From the human T2T-CHM13v2.0 reference genome, Homo sapiens, in NCBI RefSeq assembly GCF_009914755.1, contig NC_060931.1: a stretch of DNA of 64,000 bases; one strand, 5' to 3'. Made by a program: the position numbers and the translations under genes. Positions 14,489 to 28,703 of the stretch are shown piece after piece. Under the pieces are notes generated by a model, which saw only the letters and a program-made list of their open reading frames with translations, searched no databases and was not told the DNA's origin. The stretch's first letter is position 1. Every line of letters starts with the position of its first letter.

Positions 14489-15509
14489 GAGTTCATTTCT
14501 TCACATGAAGAAATGATCCTTGTAAATCTTAGTTTCTTAAGAATTCAAGGTATTGAGCTAGCAGTTACTCTTCTCAGGAAGATTAAAAAAATGGTTCAGA
14601 GATTATTTTTTCTGAGGACCACAAGAGCACACAGAACAAACAGCAAAGTTAGAGAAATAGCTAGTGGGCCAAGAGCCTTATTTCAGCTTAAACTTATACA
14701 GTTTGTGATTCTCATCATAAAATATTCCTTTCTTCAGTGTTCACAGAAAAGAAGCAATACGCTCTCCAACTGCTAACTACAAGAATTTATTTAATCTCCT
14801 TGGGATATATGCTTCAACTGCAAAGCATCTTATGGCCACAAAGCTTGGAAAGCAGGTCTGTCAAAGGAAACTGGGGTTGTTCCTTTAATCTATATGGTAT
14901 GTTTGCCACTAAAAAATTGAATTTATTTATCTGAGCTGTAAATGAACACACCAGCACTGTGTTTATTAATCTATCATTGTATATATGGATGGACAGATTT
15001 ATTTATAAATGTATATTTATATCCATCACATATAATAACAAGCAATGAGCACTACAGGTAAGATACAGATTAAGGGCTATCAGTCCCAAGAACTACCAAA
15101 GTGCCTTCACAGACTTGGCACAGAGCAGCTTTGTGGGTGACCATATCAGGTGATTGATGTATCAGGTGAATGTTGATGATTTATTTTACAGTTGAAGGAA
15201 CAAGCATATCCATGTTATTTAATAACTGTGTTACTGAATAGCTGGCCAGTCAAACATTCCACTGGGTCAAACATTCCAAGACACCTTGCTCCCAAGGCTG
15301 AGGTCTCATCTAGTATACAACATTGTTCTCTTTCCAGTAAAATTGGTTCTCACCTCCAGATTTCTTTGTTTCTAGTGATATTACCATCATAGATGTGGTC
15401 TACCAGAAGAATTTACAGTCTTCTACTTTCAAAACACACACACACATGACTTTTCTGATTATGAAAGTAATTAGTAAGTTATTGTTGACAGTTGAGAAAA
15501 TTTGCCCCA

Positions 15510-15930
15510 ACTCTATTATACCAGGGCAGTCACTGGAATAAGCCAGGCAGTTCAGAGCCAGTTTGTTCAAGCAAGAAACAAGCAGTCCAGAGCTTGTTTA
15601 AAGGCTCCATGAAGTCATGAGGCTCCTTCTGTCTTCCTGCTTTATCTCTCTTGGCTTCCATCCTCCAGGTCACCTCAGCATCCAAGGTGGCTGCTAATGT
15701 TCCAGCCATTATATTCATGTGACAGTCAGCAAGACAAAATTAACTAAAGAGAAAGTAGAGAATGTGTGCTCTCCCTCTTTTAAAGAGCCTTCTTGAAAAT
15801 CCCATCTGAAGCATCTGTTTACATTTCATTTGCCAGAATTTAGTCAATGACCACAAGCTATAAAGAAGCCTGGGAAAGGGTGCTTTAACTAGGCATGTTG
15901 CCCAGGTTTCTGTCACTAAGGAAAATGGGG
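15510..15930 (-). mobile_element. Old MaLR LTR (MLT1J/K/L-like)
   Basis: ggctccttctgtcttcctgct, caaggtggctgct..ttccagccattatattcatg, catttcatttgccagaatttagtca. Confidence 0.6.
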
Positions 15931-16057
15931 ATAATAGATATTGAAAGCAAATTACATCATATGCTTTTTCCAATGCATAAATCAAAATAGTGTCATCAAT
16001 ACAGGAAAGGGAAGTAAACTGCTGCTACAACAGGAAGCTGATTTTTTTATGGCTCCT

Positions 16058-16355
16058 GGCTAGGCCTGGTAGCTAACATCTGTAATCCCAGCACTTTGGG
16101 AGGTCAAGGCGGAAGGACTGCATGAAGTCAGGAGTTTAAGACACCCAACCCCCAACCTGGGCAAAACCCTATCTCTATGAAAAAAGTTTAAAAATTAGCT
16201 GAGCATGGTGGTACATGCCTGTAGTTCCAGCTACTTGGGAGGGCTGAGGCAGGAGGATTACTTAAGCCTGGGAGTTTGAGGCTGTAGTGAGCTATGATCG
16301 TGCCACTGCACTCCAGCATGGGCAACAGAGCAAGATTCTTGTCTCAAAAAAAAAA
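16058..16355 (+). mobile_element. AluJ
   Basis: Diverged dimeric Alu with gaggctgtagtgagctatgatc (J-type). Confidence 0.9.
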
Positions 16356-16449
16356 TAGCTCCTAATAAATTTCTTAAACTGAGTATTCCAAGATATCAAA
16401 AAATAGCTCCTAATAAAAGAAATTCCTAAAACTGAGTTTTCCAAGATAT
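16350..16449. repeat. Two-copy tandem duplication of about 50 bp at the Alu tail
   Basis: aaaaaatagctcctaataaa..ttc(t/c)taaa(a)ctgagt(a/t)ttccaagatat occurs twice. Confidence 0.85.
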
Positions 16450-16870
16450 AATTCTAGAATCTTCAGTCGAGATCAAATCCAAATAAAATGGATATTTATC
16501 ATTACCTTATACTAAATAAGTTGGACCCACATTATTTCCTAAACTACATTCATATGAAAAAAATAGGAAAAAGCAACTTTAACTAAGCTCTAATCTGTCC
16601 TCTCTGTCTTTCCCAGTAGAGTCTGATCACATTAAATGAAAAGGTGAATTTATTTCTATTCATGCTACTATGGGGACAAAATTATAAAAAGAAGTTTGTC
16701 AAATGTCTTAACTGATGTTCTGATTCAAAATAGCTAGAATGTTCAATTTTGGAATCCTTCATCGATTTGAAAATAGTTAAGGAATGTCATGATCATGATC
16801 CTCTATCATCTTAAAAAATGCAACAACTATAAAAACTACAGAGATTCACTGAAAGTATAAAGAAAATCTT

Positions 16871-17205
<335 letters not shown>

Positions 17206-18799
17206 TTACAAAATGAAGTGACTGGAACCCAGAACTGAGTTCACTTAACCATCCTGCAGTAATCACATACCACACAATAAGCACTAGGAATATGACAGTG
17301 AATGAGACATAGCCCTGCCCTCTAGAGGAACAAATAGAGGAATCAAAGAGATGAGTTATTTCAATACAATACAATACCATTATTACTGAGTGAAGAAATC
17401 CAAAAGGAGGAAGAGAATTAGCCATCTAGGTTATTAAAATAAGAGGAATCTTACAAATATTTGGAGGACAGCAAATTACCTACTGATGCTGATAAATCTC
17501 TTTTGAAAGACTGTTTTACATTAAGGTTGAGTTAAATTAGAATTATACTACTGCCTTTCATTTTCTTCTACCAAAAATGGATGATAAAACTGTAATTGAA
17601 ACTGTTAATGTCCAAACCACTTGCTGATCATTCCAAATCCTCTATAATCTAGTCCTGAAAGCCTTCTCAAAATCCAACTTGTACACAATCCCAACACTCC
17701 AGACAAACTAGTTTAATTACTAACTTCTAAATGAATCACAAGTTCATGTGTTCCCTCTATTATGGACAAGTTTCCTCTACTCACCACATACAACACACAC
17801 ATACAGCCCATTCAGCTAAATTACTCTCTTCCTATGAACCTATTCAATACCTCTCCTCAATTGAATCTTTTCCAAATCAAAATCTCTCTTTGATCTCTTT
17901 GAGCCTTTTAACCTATGCCACTGACATCATTCCTCAGATTTCCTTTCTTATTGCAAAACTTATATTCCTGGCCAAATTTTAATCTCTTTGGGAGCAGGTA
18001 TTTAGTCTTATATCTCTTTGTAATCCTCTAAGCCTAGTAGCAGATCTGTTTAATGAATATTGATACTTTCAGTAATTATCTGTCATATCCCTTTACTTTA
18101 TACACAGAGGGAAGGGCAAAAACATAACCTCAGAAATGAGATGCCCACTTGAGAAATGAAGAAACAACATTAGAGTTTCCTTTCTTCCAAACACACAGAG
18201 TTGACAAAGATAAGCTTAAAACAGTCTCTTGATTTAGGAGGTATAACAATGAGTAAATAAAAGTCATTTATCAAGTGCTTCGGAATTTCTAGATAAACAT
18301 TGTCAAGTTAGTAATGTATAAGATCATCATCAATCATCTTAGATGCTTAAATCATGTGGCAAAATGTAAATAAAATGCACATCCCTGAGAAACAGCCCCA
18401 CTAACACATATACTTTTTAAAAACTGAGTTGGTTAAACAATCCTTGTCTATTGTCTAAAATATTATGAAGTTTTCATTTATGGTTCCTTAACACCTTATA
18501 ACAAGAAAGCCATTTCTGAAAAATTTCTCCAGTCACTGAGCTTGGGCAGGGTGGTTAGTTTCATTGCTAAGCCAGTAAAAGTAAATTGATTGGTATCTTA
18601 GGAATTGATTGGAGGAGTGGTGGTAAGAAAAAGTTGACTTAGTACTTTAGCTGGTACTAAGAAGATATCTTAGTTTTGTAGACACATATAGGAGTAATTC
18701 AGCCTAGAAATCAACCCCTCTATGACCCAAGTAGAAGAGACAGGGCTACACTTCCTGACCCATACTTCATTCATTCTTTAAACATGATAAGTATCAATG

Positions 18800-19185
18800 T
18801 ATCTGTTAGAATACCTTAGGTTACAAGTAACAGAAAAAATCCCACTCAAAATGGTTTTAAAAAGAAAACCGAGCTTTTTTATATAACAAGAAATTACCAA
18901 GATAGGAGAGTTTCCAACACTGACTGATTCAGTGGCCCACAGATGTCCTCAAGGACTCAGATTCTCTTTTTCTTACCAGGGCTAGCTTCATCCTTAAACT
19001 GGCAACAAGACAGCTGTAGTAGTTTCAAGCGTCACCTTCAGGCAAGACAGTAGCCAGACAAAATAATCACCTCTTTCAATTTTTCTTATGATTAAGAAAA
19101 CTTCCCCTCACTTCTAATTGGCCAAGATAGGGTCATGCTCACCTCTAATCACTGTGAAGGAAAAGATCTCAATGATTAGCCTAGA
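18800..19185 (-). mobile_element. Old MaLR LTR (MLT1K/L-like)
   Basis: ttaggttacaagtaacagaaaa..cactcaaaatggttttaaa, tggcaacaagacagctgtag, aattggccaagatagggtcatgctcacctctaa. Confidence 0.55.
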
Positions 19186-19340
19186 CCAGCTGTCAGCGAA
19201 CTATTACTTAACTCAGCCATTCTAGAGGGACAGATAATACATAAATGAATAAGAGTGGCTGTATTACAACTTTATTTATAAGAACAGGTAGAAGGCTGGA
19301 TTTAGTTTTCTGTAGTTAGCCGAATTCTAGTTTAGACTAA
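19186..19340. mobile_element. MER58-like hAT-Charlie fragment
   Basis: actactcagc-like actcagccat, gacagataatacataaatgaataagagtggctgt, ggctggatttag. Confidence 0.55.
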
Positions 19341-19759
19341 CAGAAACTACTAGAGTTGTGTATAAAATATTTTCCCAGAAGCACATAGTAGACACATAAA
19401 CAAAATTGAGGTAGAAGAAAGCAAGCTGGAAGGGCAACTGGTTTTGCTATTAATATAACGCGTTTTGCAAGCTATATGATGCAATAACAACGTAAGACCT
19501 GGCTCCCTGTTATCCTCCTGTGATTTATTTTCCTCTTTCAAGTGTTATAATAAAAATATAAAGTGACTTACCCTAGTGATCTGGAAATGGGACAAGAAGA
19601 GTGGAAGGTAAGGTTAGATTCAAGAAAAGTGATATAACAAGCGAATAAACTTGAAGGATAGGAGAGGAGTCATTAAAAGAAATTCCCTCCCCCAGGAGTT
19701 TATTTTTATAGATTACACTATTTTTTGAAGAAATATTAAGTATATATTACTAGTTAAAA

Positions 19760-20660
19760 TTCACTGAGTACTTACTAACATGCTAGCATAGTGCCATATG
19801 ATTTACATGTATTATCAAATTTAATTTCACAATTCTATAAGATATATTCTCCATGTTACAGAAGAAACACAAGTAACGTGGTCACAATGATAGTGCAGGG
19901 AAGCCAAGCCATCTGCTTCCCAGAGCCAAAACCTTAACACAATGAAGCCAGCCACTGAGCTAAATGCAAATGTGAGGGAATTGAAGGAGAATAAGAGAGA
20001 AAAGATCTTCCCCTTTGGGAAACTTACATCCTAGTTAAAGAGACAAAAAAAAATTGACAATTAAAATAACAGATTACCAAGCTATGATACAAATTGGAAA
20101 CAAATTAGGGTGCTCTGAAAGAGAAAAGAAGGAGAGCTCTACTTTAAATAGGGTGCCCAGGGAAGGAGGTATTTATGATATGACCTGGAAGATGAGATGG
20201 CACCAGCCATGGTTGGGGAGGAGCTGTCAGCATAGAGGAGAAATGGACCAACAGGAGGAGAAGCCAGCCACAGAGAGAAGGAGCCCAAAGAAGAGCATTC
20301 CCGGCAGAGGGGGCAGCCACTGCAAAAGCCCAGAAAAAGAGGAATGGATATTTGAGGAACAAAATGGCAGCTAATCTGACTACAGTTTTGGGGAACAAGA
20401 AGAGTATCATGAAATGAGAAGTGGAGAGGCCAAAACATGTAAGGCCTTAGATATCTTAAAACGGAGATTGGATTTTATCCTCAGTGAAATGGGAAGCCAT
20501 TAAAGAGTTTGAAGCAGGGAGATAATTTGAAATAACTCTCATTTCTTAAAAGACCACACTGGCTGCTATACAGAGAACAGAAGTGGAGGTATGAAAGTAA
20601 CGACACCACTTAGGGGGTTGAAACAGTTTTCTAGGTAAGAGATGTAACTGGCATGGCCTA
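19760..20660. mobile_element. MIR followed by an L2 fragment
   Basis: MIR-like 19760-19945; L2-like gaagagcattcccggcagaggg, ggattttatcctcagtgaaatgggaagccattaaagagtttgaagcaggg, aaagaccacactggctgct. Confidence 0.7.
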
Positions 20661-22409
20661 GGCTAGTGGATTCCAAATGTATTCTGTCTTAGGAAACCCC
20701 TTACGCCATGGCTATCACTCCTCATCTCTCCTTCCTCCCATGCCTGGCAAACACTAATCTTTTTATCCTAGATACATTCTGAAGGTAGAACAGAGAGAAG
20801 CCCAGGACCAGCACCTTAAGTCAGAAGTTTTGATTGACTAAATCCCGAAGTAGTGCCAATGTTAAGTATGAAACTAACTTCATCAAAATCCAAAGTCACA
20901 AATTTACCTGTAGGCAGTGTTTACTTTTATAAGGCTTCTAAAAATCACTTATATACTTTACATGTCCCTCTCTCTGATCCTGTCACTAATTTTTCCAAGT
21001 AGATATCTATCCCTATGTTTAAGGAAGGGGAAAAAAAGCTTAAATTTTTTGCATGTTTCATGCTTTGTGTAGATTTAGAATAAAGTATCTGGAGGATTTT
21101 TGAAAAGTTGTTATCAAACGAAAGAAGCTGGCAAGTACCCTAAATACATTTAAATAATATTCTCCCTGCTGAATGGATGGCATTCATATACAAACTTAAA
21201 TGAAAGCAGATGCCCATCACAAAAAGAAGCCACTATGGTTCTCCAGAGATTCTCATATAAGTGCTAAATCTGATTTCAACTTCAAAAGAAGATATCAGAA
21301 GCTATCAGCCTCCGCCTCTGTTCATCCTCCACCTCTCATACGGAATTACCAGACCTAAAGAGCCCCAGGAACAATTTTAATGTTCAGCATTAAAACATTA
21401 GTAATATTAGATAAGCATTACTTATCCACCAATTTCTCCATACTTTAAAAAAATTTAGGCAGAAGCAATTCAACTGGCATGGGAAGATGTAGAGCCATTA
21501 ATAACACCTTCACTTAGCCTGCAAAGGTGATAGGTTTTCAGATCAAGTCAAGAAATTCAGATCTTCTCCAAAACTGATTACACCCCTGAGTCTGACTCCA
21601 GAACCATCATGAGCATCCATTCCCACCATGGTCTCCGGACCAAGGGTATCTTTGGTTCTGTTCTAGATCACATGTGTTCTAGATCCCTCACAGGTTACAG
21701 AAGTATCTCAGTCAAGTGTTCTTCTAGTCAGTTGTATCACAAAGTGATTTGCCCTATACATCCTAACCTGAGTGGTTAGCTATGGTACTGAATTACTGTT
21801 TATAAAAAGCCTTTCGTATGTTTTCACATAGGAAACACCATGTATGCGATGGGCATCCCAAGAAGCAAATTAGAGGGTAGCCAGACCCACTCTCTGGGAG
21901 CTGAAAGAATTACACAACAATATGTAAAGGTAGACAAATAAAAGATTAAATTATCACTAACGGGAAGTCTAGAAAATGCATGTACATATTTATCAAAAAA
22001 AAGTACTGTTTCCTTGTATACATGGCATTGCACTTGAGGATATAAAAGAAATGTAAGTATAAACCCTACCCCTCAAGAGATCACAGATGAATACAGAAAG
22101 TTCTGAATTCATCAAGAAGGTATTCTAGTTAAACAATGGTAATATGAAAACACTCAAATTTATCTTATTATATTCTCACACAATTTGCACATACCCTTCC
22201 TTTAGCATTTAAAGTATTTTATCATCCATTAGCTCACAGTGATCTCCACTGCAAGTCTTAAAAAATGGTGAACGATTAAGAAGCATTTTCTGTATTTTTA
22301 TGAAGAAAGACATGAGGTTCACCGATGTCAAGCGATTTAGCTTAATGATGGTTATAGAGTAGTGGAGCTAAAATTCAAATCCAGGGCTTCCTAACTTCTG
22401 CATCTAGTC

Positions 22410-22618
22410 CTGAGTTTCTCAACAGTGAAATTCTTGCATTTTGGGGCAGAGAGTTTGTTGTAGGAGGGTTGCTCCATACATTGAGGATGTTTGGCAGCAT
22501 CCCTGGCCTCCACCCACAAAATACCAATAGCTGCATAAATTTCACCCCGGTCATGACAATGAAAAATGTCTTCAGACATGTCAAATGTCTGTGGAGCATC
22601 CTCCGAGTTGAGACCTAT
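22410..22618. mobile_element. MER20-like hAT-Charlie element (MIR at about 22260-22408 immediately to the left)
   Basis: aggatgtttggcagcatccctggcctccacccac...gacaatgaaaaatgtcttcagacatgtcaaatgtc. Confidence 0.8.
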
Positions 22619-24769
22619 TCAACTAGTTCACTTTCAGGGTTCTGTTCAAAGTAATAGAAACTATGCATTTGCCATATATGGCAATTCTGATCAATTTTTC
22701 ATAAACCAAATTTTTAAAAAATCTATTCTACCAATTCTTTTTAGAATTCCATAAATAGTTCCTTGTTTTTTTTTTTCAAAGAACCTGAGAAACTGTAATG
22801 CCTCGTATCAACAGTAACATCAAGCTATAGATATAGGAAAATGGCAATTAATAGAGTTTCCATTGATGGAGAGCTATGGAGCTTTCAAGGATTAAAACAG
22901 CCTTTTTTTCTTAAACTTATTTATATATTAGGTAAAGAAAAAAGTATCAAACTGGTTTCTTCTCCACTCCATCTCTTCCTATTTCAGGTGTTATACATAT
23001 TTTATAGCTGCAGAAGGGAGGTAAAAGGAGACAAGTTACAAATTACCCAGTCAATATCACCCAAATGAAAAAAAGAAAAAAAAAGATAAATCCCCGTGCT
23101 TTCCTTGGCATTTTCTAGTGGGCTACATAATAACATCAAACATGTAATCCACTTAATTTGGGCAAGGTATTCCGTATTTTGATCTGCTAGAATTTTTTTA
23201 AAAATTAGTTTTGTTTTAATCATTCTATTATGTATTTTGCTTTGCTGTAGGAACAAAGAAACCTTTCCAAGAAAAGCCCTAGAAGGGAAATAGTAAAATT
23301 AAAAATGTAATACCCCATCAGTAATTTTTCTAGGGTAACTCTTAACTAATCTTAAGTGAAATATTCTATAAGTTATCATCTTGACAATTCAACTACAAAA
23401 ATGGATTGGGTACATAAAATGCAGAGTAAAGAATAAAAATGATTTGAAGTAGGAAATTAGGTCAATTAGCAAATAGACCATTCTGCTTCTATTCACTAGA
23501 ATTATGCAACAGCTTCTGGAGGCAGCATACTCAGATTTATCCATAACATAAAGTGGATAAACCCTCTTTAGGGAAAATTAAGCAATAACTAGCTTTGTCT
23601 ATGGTAGAAACATTCAGTGCAGTTTCAGCCCCATATTTTACCTGTATTTTAAGAGGATGAATCTAGAGTATATTGAACAGATTCTATTCCTCCATGTGAA
23701 CTCATCTGTGGCTTGAAATCATTTGATGGCATAAAGCACTAAGGATAAACTCATTGCATTTCATAACAAAGACCCATACACATGAGATGATTCTCATGCA
23801 TATTTCATCTGTTTTAAAATCAGACTAATTTCGGGTCTAAATGTCAACACCTAGAAAAGATGATGCAAGAATAAAAACAGTGCCATATGGAGCCCCCTGA
23901 ATTTAACTGAAAAACACCTCCAAAGAGCCAGATTAACCTCACAGAACACACCTTACTGTCCATAACCAAAGCAAAACGCTGCATGAACTGTGGAAAGTTA
24001 AATGTGACATTTGATGACCATCCCTACAAGCCATCACACCCCTCTTTGTGAAACTATCCTGGTTAATACGCATCATTCCTCTTTCTTAGGAAAGGACATC
24101 TTTAAACACACACACACACAAAAGGAGACGTATGCAAATTAAGCCATAAGGCAAAAGTGTCACATCCAAGGTAATTGCAGTCTTCATAGCTGGCTATTTA
24201 GGAAAAGCCTTTCCCTGCTCTCAAACCATAGACTGAGACCAAGCCTTTCCTCTGGGTGGTTTTCTACATCAGAAAAGAGAAAGTTCCCAAACCCCTTTCC
24301 CAGTAAATATTAAGGTGTCATGTAAATACAATTCCTGCCAGAGATGCCTGAAGTTGTCTAGAAGAGCAGCCTGGATTTATCCTCTGGCCCAGACTCTGCG
24401 TCTGACTCAACCCTGCAATGTCACCAATTTGCTGGGGATTCTGAGCCAGGCATTTATTTTGCTGCTGCTGCTTTCATTATTCTGCCTTTGCTATTAACCT
24501 AAGCAAGTGCCAGCTCCACTCCATGTGTTGTGCTGAATATACAATATAAGACAAACCCCACATGCTGGCTTCACATCACAAGCTTCAGTTTGTTAAATAC
24601 AAACACAGGAAAGGCATTATCATTTCAGTGTTTTCAATCACAAAAACAAAACATCATCTACTGACCCCTATCAAAAAGTAGCTATGTTGCTAAATTTCTG
24701 GCAAAGCTGGTGTGTCCTACAAAGAGAGCTGACCTGGAACAGTTGCACATTCTGGAGAGAAGAGAGGGT

Positions 24770-24930
24770 AACAGAACAGAATGAGACATTTAAATCTCAG
24801 TTCTGTCTCTGACTAGATGTATGACCTGGGAACTTTACTTCTCTGAGCTTCTTCTAAAAATGTTTCTTCATTTATAAATGGAAATATTGTAACTCAGAAC
24901 TGTGGGGAAAATTAAATAAGATCATGTGTA
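24770..24930 (+). mobile_element. MIR SINE
   Basis: aaatctcagttctgtctctgactagatgtatgacctggga..tacttctctgagc. Confidence 0.6.
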
Positions 24931-27234
24931 TCAGGGATAATACTGCATTGTGTATTCTTATCCTCCAAAATGAGGTTCCCTGGAAACCATCCTAACATAA
25001 AGGAAACCTTGGTCCACCCGGAAGAAGTAGAAAGCCTACTACATTAGACCTCCAGCTGATTGTGAGGAAGAAAGGAGGGAGACAAGCAAATAGTGAGACA
25101 CGTGTGTTTAAATATCCCTTGGTTAAGCTAGTCCCAGAGAGAGTAGAGGTGATATTATAATGGTTGAAGGATAAGCCAAAAGTACTGTGAAAAGCTCCTG
25201 CCTAGCTTCCTGTTCAGGACTCTGGGATGAATCAGACCATTTCACCAGTCACCCCCACAATAATCCAAGAAAGCCGTGAGGTCAGTAGGAGAAAATGTCT
25301 AAACGTGCAAGCTCCAGCCTACCTGCACTTCTGTAAGGCATGGAAAATATTCAGAAATCTGAGAACAGACATGGAAACAGCTCAGTTTCTGGCTGGAGAA
25401 CTTGCCAGAGGAAGTGGCATAGTGAGGGAGTCAGCCAAACCTCAAAGATCCACAACATCAAGCCAGGGTGAGGTGGAGCAAAGCCAACAAGTAGGATCTC
25501 TGAGCCCTAATAAAGCAAAGTCTTCCATTTTAGATGCTCAGAAGGGGCAATGTTGTGCTATTGGAGCCACAGAATACAAGGGCTGTTCTCATAGAATCTA
25601 CAGCTTCTCTTCCCCTCCACTATGAGGTTCCCTAAGCCCTGCTCAATTCAAGTTCACCCAGATGCCTCTACAGAGAACAGCAGAGGATCATATCAAAAAG
25701 AAGAAATGTATAGCCAAGAAACCTGAGTTACCTAAATTTAAATTTGCAAAGCAGACTAAATTTATCTTTATGTTCTGAAGTTAGTCCACTGTCCCCTTTA
25801 ATTCAGTGGACTAGGGGCCTTGTAGGGAGACTCAGTTATGAAAAATGAAGCTCTATTTTCCATGGACATCTGAGCTTAATGGTGTAAAATGTGATCCACC
25901 AGAGCTACAAGTCAATGCTGTTCTGCTATTGTGTCAGGTATGGCTGCAGAGTCTCATTCACAGTACTTTACATTTTTCATTAAGTATTACCAATGGTATG
26001 TCAAGGAACCCAGCCAGCTGGGCAGCAAACTTTAACTTGCCAATTAGAGATATCTCAGTCCAAACCAATAATGTTCCTAGCCACCTTCAGTTTAAATTAT
26101 AGCCCAGTCCAGTTTAAAGTCACGGTACCCCTCTAGCATGGATTACACTTATGCACAGTTACTAGTTGTGGCCTGAGGAGGGGAGAAAGTGGCCTGATCT
26201 CTTTCCTCTATGCCCATGCACTGGCTCTGTTGAGGAGAGCAAGGAGAAAGCAATGGGGTAGAGGGAAGATAGGGCACAGTTGGCTTCTGCAGCAGCAGTC
26301 TCCTTCTGGTGGCCATTGCTACTTCTCCATCTGATGCCAGTGATATATAATTGTTACCATGAGAATGGTTGGCTCCCTCTATATGAGTGCTTAAATACTA
26401 AAGCCTTCTACCACTCAACTTTTCTTAGAGTAGGCAAAGGATGCTACCAGGCATCATTTCCTCCATGAAGGCACACAAGATTCTGAGAGGGGAATTTCTG
26501 TGACTCTTCTAGACCCCAGCAGGGGTAGGCAGAACACTCCCTCATCAGGCATGTGTCTCCTCACTTCATTGGGGGTAGAGTTCCCAGGGAAGCCCACCAA
26601 TGCCTCCCACTCAACTACCTACTGTATCCTTAACACTGAGTACTTCAGGAAATTACAGCCCCTCACTCCCAGTCTTTCAGGATTTTGTGAAGCTTTGGCA
26701 CATGTTGGGCTAGATACCCCATCCCCCAGCACTTCACTGTAGCAGAGCATGGGACACTTCTGTGAGTTGCCAGCCAACAGTAACTGCAGGTGAGAAATGA
26801 ACCACACTCCTTCAAAACCTCCCATGCTACATCCTGGACTAGACATTCCCTGGCTTTAGGGCTTGATTTTGGAGAGGCAAACAGGATGAATGGCGCTCCT
26901 AAGAGGAGGAAGAAGGTAATGACTACATCATAAATTTGCTCTCCCAGAAATTCTTCAGTCCTTAGATGGGTAGACAGGTAGAGTCACACAGGTTCTACAG
27001 GTCTGCCATCTCTTAGCAAGCCCTTCTTTATGGGATTGATAACACAAAGAGCATTTCTCTGATAAGGAAGAAATAAGATGTTAAAATAACCCTGCCCTAC
27101 ATTTTTACCAAGGCAAAGACAGGCTAATATTGCAGGGGTCAGCTAAACCCACACTTTTCCCAAGGCCATAATGTATATGGTACCAGCCAAGAACCCCTTT
27201 CCTTGGATCTGAGAGCTTCTGACATTATGGCTTG

Positions 27235-27611
27235 GGATCTGGTTTGGCTCTGTATCCCCAACAGAATCTCATGTTGAATTGTAATCCCCAGTGTTGGGGG
27301 AGGGTACTGGTAGGAGGTGATTTGATCATGGGGGCAAATTTCCCCCTTGCTATTCTCATGATAGTGAGTTCTCACAAGATCTGGTTATTTAAAAGTATGT
27401 AGCACTTCCCCCTTCGCTTTCTCTCCTGCTGGCCATGTGAAGATGTGGTTCCTTCCCCTTTGCATTCTGCCATGCTTGTAAGTTTCCTGAGACCTCCTCA
27501 GCCATGCCTCCTGGACAGCCTGTGGAACTGTGAGTCAATTAAGCCTCTTTTCTTTATAAACTACCCAGTCTCAGGTAGGTCTTTATAACAATGTGAGAAC
27601 GAGCTAATACA
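27235..27611 (+). mobile_element. MSTA MaLR solo LTR
   Basis: tggtttggctctgtatcccc...gttgaattgtaatccccagtgttgg...ctaataca; TSD (g/a)cttg. Confidence 0.9.
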
Positions 27612-28577
27612 ACTTGCAAATATGGCTTCCAGAATCTCAACATTCATCAAGGAATGTAAACTTATAGCACAAGAGTGCCTGAAAGCTTATTGTGGTTCAA
27701 ATGCCTTATTTTAAAATAAAGAAGCTCAGCCTCTGAGAATAAAGCATTTTCCCAACAATGCAAAGAAGCCACATGAAGTAACTTAGAAAGCAATCTCTGT
27801 CACTTTGGCAGAGTCAGACAGGAATAATGGTGTTGAGAAAATAAGCACTTCGCTTAGCTGCTGTGAGACTTGAACATGGCTCAAAGGAAGCCTGCACACT
27901 CCCAGGCTTCCCTTTTTGCTGCAGAGGTTCTTATCTACAAAGCCATCTAAAAAGTCAAGTGTGAGGTACTGGCTGTGCCATGAGCTCACTAATTAAAACA
28001 TATTAACAGCATCGAGTCCTATTATCCTTTCAAAAGGGAGAGGGCCAAGGCAGGCCTGCAGGAGCCGAGAAGATAATTAAGTAAAATTGTTTCTCACAGA
28101 TAAATAATGGATATGACAACAGATGCCTCTCTTTCCTGGATGGGTGGGGGACAACAAAGGGAGAATGTGCTTGTTTCCAAAATGAAGGCAAAATAGCCGC
28201 AGGCTAAAGATCAGCCCCCATTCAAACACCAGAGCAGAGAACAGGGTTGGCCTCTGTGCCCCAGTATGAAACAAAATCAATGTTTCTATACACGTTACTC
28301 ATTTCATTACGTACTTTCACTTTGCCTTACAAAAGAAGCTAATACAAATTCAATACATGTCCACACACCAAACATAATGCTGCTGCCTTGTCAGCCATGT
28401 GGAGCTCCCACCACAAACTCTAAGTGTCTTTGACAGGCTGTTGTACACAAGATGCTGCAGAAAGCAACTCTTCATAGGAGTTTTCAGCCTGCCTGCCCTG
28501 TCATCTGCCATTATTCTTGCTCAGCTGTGGTGGATTAGAGATAACAGCCAACCAACACTTTTTTTCCTAACACTTAC

Positions 28578-28703
28578 ATACTATCAAGGTCACATGCTGG
28601 TGGCTACTGGAGGCACGTCATCAGCTGCACAGCTAATTACAGACAGTGCATTCTCATCATGAAGGCCATCGGACATATTAACGGAGAAGGAGGCCCTAAA
28701 CTG
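28578..28703 (-). other. Candidate 126/123-nt exon with NAGNAG acceptor
   Basis: Long pyrimidine tract tttttctctgttctttctcttttatgca-tag-cag; donor TAT|gtaagt; unique sequence with CpGs. Confidence 0.5.

Noticed and set aside
21100-21920. Two minus-strand acceptor-like sites (21900, 21354) in unique sequence
   Set aside because: No convincing paired donors and early stops in the frames examined; could be exonic but not supportable from sequence alone.
23642-23808. Possible minus-strand exon (aaacag ... CAG|gtaaaa)
   Set aside because: Poor pyrimidine tract; not distinguishable from chance.
25227-25625. 132-aa plus-strand ORF with ATG
   Set aside because: No recognisable domain or splice context. 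The region 24.9-27.1 kb looks like very old LTR-like debris that I could not assign.
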